This document shows positions 16,939 to 24,497 of a stretch of 24,497 nt of DNA, one piece after another. The position numbers and the translations under genes are program-made. The stretch is taken from NCBI GenBank assembly GCA_031372065.1, contig JANMKN010000173.1, positions 1-24,497 of the forward strand, given 5' to 3'. The notes below the pieces were generated by a model that saw only the letters and a program-made list of their open reading frames with translations, was not told where the DNA came from and made no database searches. Origin of the DNA: Abditibacteriaceae bacterium (GTDB lineage: Bacteria; Armatimonadota; Abditibacteriia; Abditibacteriales; Abditibacteriaceae). Positions within the stretch are counted from its first letter, which is position 1. Every line of letters starts with the position of its first letter.

Positions 16939-18171
16939 ATGGCACACGTTTTTGAAACCCTGCAAGAGCGCGGTTTCGTTAAGCAATTTACCGATGAAGC
17001 CGCTCTGCGCAACGCCTTAAATAACGGCAGCGCGACGTTTTATGTCGGCTTCGACCCCACTGCATCCAGCTTGCATTGCGGCTCGCTGATGCCCATCATG
17101 GCGATGGCGCATTTGCAACGCGCCGGACACAAGCCGATTGCCATTATCGGCGGCGGCACAACGATGATTGGCGACCCCAGCGGGCGCACCAAAGAGCGCG
17201 ATTTATTGCCGATTGAAACCATCCGCGAAAACGGCAATTGTCTTTTGTCGCAGTTGCAACGCTACTTGAATTTGGACGGCACTGGCGGCTTGTTTTTGAA
17301 TAACGCCGATTGGCTAATGCCGCTCAATTACATCGAATTTTTGCGCGATATTGGCAAGCATTTTCGCGTCAACGAAATGGTAAAAGCCGAAGCCTATCGC
17401 GCCCGCATGGAGCGAGAGGAAGGTTTGTCGTTCATCGAATTTAACTATCAACTTTTGCAAGCCTATGATTTCATGCACCTTGCTAAAACGCACGATTGCA
17501 CCCTGCAAATGGGCGGCGATGACCAATGGGGCAACATTTTGGCGGGCGTGGATTTAACGCGTCGCGTGGTGCAGAAAACCGCGCATGGACTGACGTTTCC
17601 GCTGCTCACAACCGCCAGCGGCGCCAAAATGGGCAAAACCGCAGATGGCGCGATTTGGCTTGATGCGGAGCGCACTTCGCCTTACGATTTCTACCAATAT
17701 TGGATCAATTGCGATGACCGCGACGTGGCGCGTTTCTTGGCCTATTTCACCTTTTTGCCAATGGACGAAGTGCGCAGATTAGGCGCGCTCGAAGGCGCCG
17801 ATTTGCGGCAGGCCAAAGAAGTTTTAGCCTTTGAAGCCACCAAACTTTGCCACGGCGAAAGCGCCGCGCAGGAAGCGCAAAGTGCGGCAAAAGCGGCTTT
17901 TAGCGGTGCGGGCGATTTATCAGCAGTGCCCAGCAGCGAAATCGAAACAGCGCGCTTGGAAACGGGCCTTTCGTTTGTCGAACTCTTGGTGCAAACCGGT
18001 CTCGCCGATTCCAAAGGCGCGGCGCGGCGCTTAATCGATCAAGGTGGCGCTTACTTAAACGGAGAAGCGATTCGCGACGTGAATTTTTCCGTCAACGCCA
18101 CGCATTTGCAAGACGGCGTTTTGCTGCTTCGCGCCGGCAAAAAGAAATATCATCGGGTGGTGGCACTTTAA
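16939..18171 (+). CDS. tyrS: Tyrosine--tRNA ligase
   Basis: YVGFDPTASSLHCGS, GGGTTMIGDPSG, EFNYQLLQAYDF, QMGGDDQWGNI, KMGKT and a C-terminal S4-like domain ending GKKKY. AAGGA Shine-Dalgarno upstream. Confidence 0.98.
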   Translation: MAHVFETLQERGFVKQFTDEAALRNALNNGSATFYVGFDPTASSLHCGSLMPIMAMAHLQRAGHKPIAIIGGGTTMIGDPSGRTKERDLLPIETIRENGNCLLSQLQRYLNLDGTGGLFLNNADWLMPLNYIEFLRDIGKHFRVNEMVKAEAYRARMEREEGLSFIEFNYQLLQAYDFMHLAKTHDCTLQMGGDDQWGNILAGVDLTRRVVQKTAHGLTFPLLTTASGAKMGKTADGAIWLDAERTSPYDFYQYWINCDDRDVARFLAYFTFLPMDEVRRLGALEGADLRQAKEVLAFEATKLCHGESAAQEAQSAAKAAFSGAGDLSAVPSSEIETARLETGLSFVELLVQTGLADSKGAARRLIDQGGAYLNGEAIRDVNFSVNATHLQDGVLLLRAGKKKYHRVVAL

Positions 18172-18172
18172 A

Positions 18173-18748
18173 ATGCTCGTAAAAACACAGTTTTTGATTT
18201 TGTGGGGCGGTTTTGCTTGTTTGGCACTATCGGGCTGCCGTTCCTCGGCACCGCCGGACGCGGCGACAGCCAAATCAACGCCAAAAGGCGCAAAAGATGC
18301 CTCAAAAACGGCTCCCAAAGGCACCAAAACTCAAACGGGAACGACTAAAACACCGCCGATCAAAATCGCTGACTCAAAAACTCTGGCCTCCAAAGGCCCG
18401 CCCACCAAAGCCATTCCACAAAAAGAAACCGGACACCTCACATCCAAAGCGAGCCTCAACGATTTTCCGAAAGATATTGCGCTTTATCAAGGCGCCAAAG
18501 TTCTCGGCATCGGCAAATCCGACAAAGGCGCTGTAGCCGGCTTGGAAAGCAAAGACGCGCCGCAAAAAGTGATGGACTTTTACCAAGTTCAACTGCCCAA
18601 ACAAGGCTGGACAATCAATTCGGCCACTACAACCAAACAAGGCGGCGTCTTGCAAAGCTCAAAAAATAAACGCCAATGCATTGTAACCGTCGGCCTCCAT
18701 CCCAAAACCAAAATTACGACATTTTCCTTAACTGTCGTTGAAAAGTAA
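18173..18748 (+). CDS. Hypothetical lipoprotein
   Basis: Lipobox LALSG|C, Lys/Thr/Pro-rich linker, and a small globular C-terminal domain (FPKDIALYQGA...VMDFYQVQLPKQGW). Confidence 0.8.
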   Translation: MLVKTQFLILWGGFACLALSGCRSSAPPDAATAKSTPKGAKDASKTAPKGTKTQTGTTKTPPIKIADSKTLASKGPPTKAIPQKETGHLTSKASLNDFPKDIALYQGAKVLGIGKSDKGAVAGLESKDAPQKVMDFYQVQLPKQGWTINSATTTKQGGVLQSSKNKRQCIVTVGLHPKTKITTFSLTVVEK

Positions 18749-18817
18749 GTAATGGCTTGCCTTGCAACTCGGCAACATCACAATTCTCTAAAACTTAAAA
18801 CCGGTTTTCAAATCACC

Positions 18818-20071
18818 ATGAAATTACTTTTAGGACTCGTCATGACACTTTCATCCGTTGCCATCGCCGCACCGGAACAGACTTCGTGGAAATTCGATTT
18901 CGATGGCAAACACGGCGCGCCCGACGCGGTTCGTGTGACGCCGCAAAACCTTTATGCCAACGAACGCGGCTTTGGCTTTTTGAGGAGCGAAAAGCCCTAT
19001 TCGTTTTCCGTCGCGGTGCCCGAAGGCAATTATCAAGTGACGATGGTTTTAGGTAATGCAAAAGCCGATTCCGACACCATAATCAAAGCCGAAGCGCGCC
19101 GATTGATGCTGGAAAACGTATCAACCAAAACGGGCGAATTTGTCACACGCACCTTTCTGGTTAACGTGCGCACGCCTCAAATTGCGGGCGGCAGCAAAGT
19201 TTCCATTAATTCGCGCGAATTCGGCGCCTTGAATTGGGACGATAAATTAACATTGGAATTTAATGGCGCGCATCCGGCTGTCAGCGCGCTGGAAATCAAA
19301 AAAATTGAGGACGCCACCACGGTTTTCATCGCGGGCGATTCGACGGTGACCGATCAAGCACAAGAGCCTTATGTCGGTTGGGGCCAAGTGCTGCCGCGCT
19401 TTTTTAACGAACGTGTGGCGGTTGCCAACTATGCCGAATCGGGCCGCGCTTTGTATAGCTTCAAAAGCGAACATCGCTTGGAGAAAATTCTGAGCGTCAT
19501 CAAACCCGATGATTATCTTTTGGTTCAATTCGGCCACAACGACCAAAAAGATAAATCGCCGGGCAGCGGGCCGTTTACGACTTACAAAAACAATCTGAAA
19601 TTTTATGTCGCGCAGGCGCGAGCCAAAGGCGCGCACGCTGTCATTATCACGCCGATGGAGCGCCGCCGTTGGGACGGTGACAAGCCTTTGCAAACGCTGA
19701 CCGATTTCGCCCAAGCCGCGCGCGATGCCGCCCACGAAGAAAACGTGCCTTTGATTGATTTGCACGCCATGAGCCTGCAATTTTATGCGGCGCTGGGGCC
19801 GGAAAAATCGCGCGCCGCCTTTGTGCATTATCCAGCGAACACGTTTCCGGGCCAAACTGAAGCGCTCAAAGACGATACACATTTCAACGCCTATGGCGGC
19901 TATGAACTGGCGAAATGCGTGGTTCTTGGCATTCAAAAACAAGTGCAGGATTTGGCGAAATTATTGGCCGCCGATGTGAAACCCTTCGCCCCATCCACAC
20001 CAGACAAGATTGAAGATGTAAAAATTCCCGCCAGCGCGCTCAAAGCGACGGAAAAACCGGCGGGTAGTTAG
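18818..20071 (+). CDS. Rhamnogalacturonan acetylesterase (SGNH/GDSL hydrolase, CE12-like) with N-terminal beta-sandwich domain
   Basis: FIAGDSTV, GWGQ, NYAESG, QFGHND and DDTHFN SGNH blocks. Signal peptide MKLLLGLVMTLSSVAIA from ATG 18818. Confidence 0.9.
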   Translation: MKLLLGLVMTLSSVAIAAPEQTSWKFDFDGKHGAPDAVRVTPQNLYANERGFGFLRSEKPYSFSVAVPEGNYQVTMVLGNAKADSDTIIKAEARRLMLENVSTKTGEFVTRTFLVNVRTPQIAGGSKVSINSREFGALNWDDKLTLEFNGAHPAVSALEIKKIEDATTVFIAGDSTVTDQAQEPYVGWGQVLPRFFNERVAVANYAESGRALYSFKSEHRLEKILSVIKPDDYLLVQFGHNDQKDKSPGSGPFTTYKNNLKFYVAQARAKGAHAVIITPMERRRWDGDKPLQTLTDFAQAARDAAHEENVPLIDLHAMSLQFYAALGPEKSRAAFVHYPANTFPGQTEALKDDTHFNAYGGYELAKCVVLGIQKQVQDLAKLLAADVKPFAPSTPDKIEDVKIPASALKATEKPAGS

Positions 20072-20086
20072 AAAGTCAATGAATTT

Positions 20087-22711
20087 ATGAAATTTTTTAT
20101 CCCACGCGGCATTGCGATGCAGCGCTTCTTTTGTTTGGCTTTGTTCATCATGTCCACCATTTCTCATGCTGCTACCGCGCCGCGCGAGCGGCTTTTATTT
20201 AATACCGCGTGGCGTTTTCAAAAAGATGATCCTGCTGATGCGGGCAACCAACTGGATTACGACAAAACCAAAAAATGGGTCAACGCGACGGGCAATGAAT
20301 TTTCAAAAAACGCGCCTTTTGCACGCCCGTCCGGTAATTTGGGCGATGGTGTCTCTTTTACACGAAGCAACTTCGCGGATGCCGCGTGGCGCACTTTGAA
20401 TTTACCGCACGATTGGGGCATTGAAGGGCCATTTAAGCAAGAATACGATGGTTCAACCGGCAAATTGCCGTGGTGGGGCATCGGTTGGTATCGCAAGCAT
20501 TTTTCGGTGGCAGCGGGCGATACAGGCAAGCAAATTTATTTGCAAATAGAAGGCGCCATGTCGCATTCGCTGGTGTGGCTGAACGGCCAATTCGTTGGCG
20601 GCTGGCCTTATGGTTATTCGTCGTTCCAACTCGACCTAACGCCTTACTTAAAAAGCGGCGACAACGTCATAGCGATTCGTTTGAACAACCCGCCCGATTC
20701 ATCGCGTTGGTATCCCGGCGGCGGAATCTATCGCAACGTGTGGTTGCTCAAGACCGCACCGCTTCACATCGCGCAGTGGGGCACTTATATTACCACGCCC
20801 GAAGTAACACAAGGCGCGGCCACGATTGATTTGCAAACCGTGTTGGAAAACAGCGCGGCGCAAGCGGCAAATCTCACACTGCGCACACAAATTCACGCCA
20901 TCGGCGCATCAGGAAAACTCGGCAAAGCCTTGGCGACACTGGAAACAAAGGAGATTAACGTGCCAGCCCAAGCGCGCCAAAATCAGGTGTTGCAAATTCG
21001 CCTTGCCAATCCCAAGTTGTGGAATTTAGAAAAACCTCAGCTTTACACGGCGGTCACGACGATAAAGCAAAACGGACGAATCGTGGATTCGTATCAAACC
21101 GAGTTCGGCATTCGCACGGTTGCTTTCGATGCCGCAAAAGGGTTTTTCCTTAACGGCAAATTGGTGGAAATCAAAGGCGTGTGTAACCATCATGATTTGG
21201 GCGCTTTGGGCGCGGCTTTCAACGTGCGCGCGGCAGAAAGACAAATCGAAATCTTGCAAGAAATGGGCTGCAATGCCATTCGCACCAGTCACAATCCGCC
21301 CGCGCCGGAGCTGCTGGATTTATGTGACCGCATGGGAATGCTGGTAATGGACGAATCGTTCGATTGCTGGCGCTCCGGCAAAACGACCAACGATTATCAT
21401 CGTGATTTCGATGATTGGCACGAAAAAGATTTGCGCGCCCTTGTGCGGCGCGACCGCAATCATCCGAGCGTGATTTTGTGGTCTATCGGCAACGAAGTTC
21501 ACGAGCAAGGCAGCCCCGAAGGTCATAAAATCGCCGCTGAATTATCAGCCATCGTGCGCGATGAAGACACTACGCGCCTGACAACAGCCGGTTGCAACGA
21601 TACGCGCGCCGGATATAACGGCTTTGAAAAAACCATTGATGTTTTCGGCTATAACTACAAGCCGGGCGAATACGGCAAGTTTCACAAAGCGCATCCTAAT
21701 CAGCCGATTTACGGCAGCGAAACCGCCTCGTGCGTTAGTTCGCGCGGCGAATACTTTTTTCCGTTTAGCAACAACAAAGACGATGGCCGCGCCAATTTTC
21801 AGGTGAGTTCTTACGATTTATATGCGCCCGGTTGGGCCATGCCGCCGGACTGGGAATTTAAAGGGCAAGACCAAAACCCGTTTGTCGGCGGCGAGTTTGT
21901 GTGGACGGGTTTTGATTACTTGGGCGAACCGACGCCTTACAACAACGATGTGACGAATTTGCTGAATTTTTCCGACGCGGCGGCCAAAGCGCGCATGGAA
22001 AAAGAACTGGCCGATTTGGGCAAAATTCGCGTGCCCTCGCGCAGTTCTTATTTCGGCATTCTCGATTTATGCGGCTTCAAAAAAGACCGCTTTTACATTT
22101 ATCAGGCGCGCTGGCGACCCGATTTACCGCTCGCGCACATTTTGCCGCATTGGAACTGGCCCGAACGCGTCGGACAAGTGACGCCAATTCATGTTTACAC
22201 GTCGGGCGACGAGGCCGAACTCTTTCTCAACGGCAAGTCGCTGGGCCGCAAAACCAAAGGCGCGTTGGAATATCGCATTCGCTGGGACGATGTGATTTAC
22301 GAACCGGGCGAAGTGCGCGTTGTGGCTTACAAAAACGGCCAAAAGTGGGCTGAAGAAACTGTTGTCACCACCGGCCCCACCGCGCAAATTAAGTTGGATG
22401 CCGACCACAAAACCATCAAAGCCGATGGGCAAGATTTATCATTCGTCACGGTTTCGGTGGCCGATGCAGAAGGTTTAATGGTGCCGCACGCGAAAAATCA
22501 TCTGCGCTTTGAAATTTCTGGGCCGGGCGAAATTGTCGGCGTAGATAACGGCGATGCCACGGGTCACGAATCGTTTCAAAGCAACGAGCGCGACGCTTAT
22601 AATGGCTTATGTTTGGTCATTGTGCGCGCCACCAACAAAGCAGGGGAAATCACTTTGCGCGCCGCCTCCGAAGGCTTGAAAAACGGCGCGATTGTAATCC
22701 TAAGCAAATGA
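20087..22711 (+). CDS. Glycoside hydrolase family 2, beta-galactosidase-like, secreted
   Basis: LNLPHDW, GWYRKHF, SRWYPGGGIYRNV, GVCNHHDLG, RTSHNPP, RDRNHPSVILWSIGNE (acid/base Glu), YGSE (nucleophile) and WTGFDYLGEP. N-terminal signal peptide; start may be 20117. Confidence 0.93.
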   Translation: MKFFIPRGIAMQRFFCLALFIMSTISHAATAPRERLLFNTAWRFQKDDPADAGNQLDYDKTKKWVNATGNEFSKNAPFARPSGNLGDGVSFTRSNFADAAWRTLNLPHDWGIEGPFKQEYDGSTGKLPWWGIGWYRKHFSVAAGDTGKQIYLQIEGAMSHSLVWLNGQFVGGWPYGYSSFQLDLTPYLKSGDNVIAIRLNNPPDSSRWYPGGGIYRNVWLLKTAPLHIAQWGTYITTPEVTQGAATIDLQTVLENSAAQAANLTLRTQIHAIGASGKLGKALATLETKEINVPAQARQNQVLQIRLANPKLWNLEKPQLYTAVTTIKQNGRIVDSYQTEFGIRTVAFDAAKGFFLNGKLVEIKGVCNHHDLGALGAAFNVRAAERQIEILQEMGCNAIRTSHNPPAPELLDLCDRMGMLVMDESFDCWRSGKTTNDYHRDFDDWHEKDLRALVRRDRNHPSVILWSIGNEVHEQGSPEGHKIAAELSAIVRDEDTTRLTTAGCNDTRAGYNGFEKTIDVFGYNYKPGEYGKFHKAHPNQPIYGSETASCVSSRGEYFFPFSNNKDDGRANFQVSSYDLYAPGWAMPPDWEFKGQDQNPFVGGEFVWTGFDYLGEPTPYNNDVTNLLNFSDAAAKARMEKELADLGKIRVPSRSSYFGILDLCGFKKDRFYIYQARWRPDLPLAHILPHWNWPERVGQVTPIHVYTSGDEAELFLNGKSLGRKTKGALEYRIRWDDVIYEPGEVRVVAYKNGQKWAEETVVTTGPTAQIKLDADHKTIKADGQDLSFVTVSVADAEGLMVPHAKNHLRFEISGPGEIVGVDNGDATGHESFQSNERDAYNGLCLVIVRATNKAGEITLRAASEGLKNGAIVILSK

Positions 22712-24486
22712 AAAAATTCTTAAAAATCGCCGCGCTCTCGGCTGCTTTGACGGCGCCCGCGCCCGCGCAAGAGTTTTTAAAGTGGTCGCCCAAGCCGGTT
22801 ATGGGTTGGAACAGTTGGGACATTTTTGCGACCACGATTACAGAAGCCCAATCGAAGGCGCAAGCCGATGCGATGGCCGCCCGGCTTTTGCCGTATGGCT
22901 GGAACGTTTTCACGGTTGATATTCAGTGGTATGAACCGAACGCCACGGGCTTTGATTATCGCGCGGGCGCGCCCTTGACAATGGATGGATTTGGACGCCT
23001 TTTGCCCGCGCCCAATCGCTTTCCTTCGGCGGCCAATGGCGCGGGTTTTAAAGCCTTGGCCGATTACGCTCACGCCAAAGGCTTGAAGTTTGGCGTGCAT
23101 TTGATGCGCGGCATTCCGCGTCAAGCGGTAGCGCAAAACACGCCGATTTTCGGCACCAATTTTCACGCGGCGGATATTGCCGACAAAAATTCGACGTGCC
23201 CGTGGAACACCGATATGTTCGGCGTGGACATGAGCAAACCCGGCGCGCAGGAATATTACGATTCGGTTTTCAAATTGATGGCCTCGTGGGGCCTTGATTT
23301 CGTGAAAGTGGATGACTTGAGCGCGCCTTATCACAAGGCCGAAATTGAAGGCATCCGCAGAGCGCTTGATAAAAGTGGGCGCGCCATTATTTTCAGCACT
23401 TCGCCCGGCGACACGCCAATTGAAGAAGCCGACCATATCAGCAAACACGCCAATCAATGGCGCATCAGCGGCGATTTCTGGGACGATTGGAAAGCGCTTT
23501 ACCAGCAGTTTGATCGCTGCGCGAAATGGGCGCCGTATGCGAAGAATGGGCACTTTCCCGACGCCGATATGCTGCCTCTGGGCATCGTGGCGTTGGGCCG
23601 CCCGACCAAGTTCACACGCGATGAGCAATACACGTTATTAACCTTGTGGAGCATGGCGCGTTCGCCCTTAATTTTAGGCGGCGACATGACGAAGTTGGAC
23701 GATTTCACTTTGCAGCTTTTGACCAACGATGAAGTGCTGTCAGTAGATCAAAACAGCACTAATAACCGCCAACTTTTCCGGCGCGAAGGCGCTATAGGTT
23801 GGATTGCCGATGTGCCCAATTCGCGTGATAAATATCTGGCGCTTTTCAATACAGGCGACGCGCAAATTTTGGATGACAGCAAAGCCGCTTTCAAAAGCGA
23901 TTTAATCACGCGCAACACGCCGGGGCGCGGCGCGGCCATTGATATTGATGTAACTGGCGCCAAAAAACTGTATCTCGTGACGACAACCGGCGATGATGAT
24001 TTTTACGCCGATCACGCCGATTGGACGGAGCCGCGATTAACCACGCCGCAAGGCGAAATTAAATTAACCGATGTGAAATGGAACAATGCCACGACGGGCT
24101 GGGGCGAAGTGTCCACACAGCGCGCAGCAGGCGGCGGGGCGATGAAAGTGGACGGCAAAGCCGTCGCTTATGGTATCGGCACACACGCGCCTTCGATTAT
24201 CGAATTTGATTTGCCGCCCGGCGCCACACGCTTTCAAACATTCGCCGCCTTGGATGATGGCGGCACCAATCAAGCCAAAGGCGCCAGTGTGCGCTTTCGC
24301 GTTTTCACGCAATCGCCGTATTCGCAAAACACGGCAACCAAAATCGCTGTCGCGATGAATGCACAGATATTCAAACCGGCGCGCGTGCGCGATTTATGGG
24401 CGAAAAAAGACCTCGGCACATTCAGTGAATTCGCGCCGGAAATCGCGCCGCACGGCGCCGGACTTTATCGGGTATCACCACAATGA
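22708..24486 (+). CDS. Glycoside hydrolase family 27 (beta-L-arabinopyranosidase/alpha-galactosidase) with NPCBM/NEW2 module
   Basis: PVMGWNSWD, TVDIQW, GLKFGVH, FVKVDD (nucleophile), WRISGDFWD (acid/base) and PDADMLP. ATG 22708 overlaps the GH2 stop (ATGA) and starts a signal peptide MKKFLKIAALSAALTAPAPA. Confidence 0.92.
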   Translation: MKKFLKIAALSAALTAPAPAQEFLKWSPKPVMGWNSWDIFATTITEAQSKAQADAMAARLLPYGWNVFTVDIQWYEPNATGFDYRAGAPLTMDGFGRLLPAPNRFPSAANGAGFKALADYAHAKGLKFGVHLMRGIPRQAVAQNTPIFGTNFHAADIADKNSTCPWNTDMFGVDMSKPGAQEYYDSVFKLMASWGLDFVKVDDLSAPYHKAEIEGIRRALDKSGRAIIFSTSPGDTPIEEADHISKHANQWRISGDFWDDWKALYQQFDRCAKWAPYAKNGHFPDADMLPLGIVALGRPTKFTRDEQYTLLTLWSMARSPLILGGDMTKLDDFTLQLLTNDEVLSVDQNSTNNRQLFRREGAIGWIADVPNSRDKYLALFNTGDAQILDDSKAAFKSDLITRNTPGRGAAIDIDVTGAKKLYLVTTTGDDDFYADHADWTEPRLTTPQGEIKLTDVKWNNATTGWGEVSTQRAAGGGAMKVDGKAVAYGIGTHAPSIIEFDLPPGATRFQTFAALDDGGTNQAKGASVRFRVFTQSPYSQNTATKIAVAMNAQIFKPARVRDLWAKKDLGTFSEFAPEIAPHGAGLYRVSPQ

Positions 24487-24497
24487 AATTTTTAACC
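24483..24497 (+). CDS. Probable start of the next translationally coupled gene (partial, MKFLT...)
   Basis: ATGA overlap with the GH27 stop codon, the same coupling seen at 22708. Only five codons are visible. Confidence 0.4.

Overview
Bacterial chromosomal window (moderately GC-rich; taxon cannot be fixed from sequence alone), mostly + strand, made of housekeeping, envelope and carbohydrate genes. In order: a short hairpin-rich insertion-like element at the left edge, running in frame into a large helical hypothetical protein; a ~2050-codon bacterial alpha-2-macroglobulin gene (signal peptide, N-terminal TPR-like region, CVEQ thioester) broken by one in-frame TAA at 5320-5322; a membrane protein; a small basic protein; a HAD hydrolase; a BatA/VWA protein; a TM2 protein; a GT4 glycosyltransferase (-); msrA; thrB; an endonuclease III (-); tyrS; a lipoprotein; and a secreted glycan-degradation cluster (rhamnogalacturonan acetylesterase, GH2, GH27) that continues past the window end. 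The least explained features are intergenic: two 21-bp-period degenerate arrays that appear to share a core motif (a head-to-head palindromic one at ~9098-9387 and a direct tandem one at ~15847-16035), and a ~150-bp inverted-repeat element carrying an 8-bp microsatellite after the macroglobulin gene. The GH27 enzyme looks like a beta-L-arabinopyranosidase carrying a circularly permuted NPCBM module. No CRISPR array, rRNA, tRNA or transposase was found. All family assignments come from motif recognition, not database searches.
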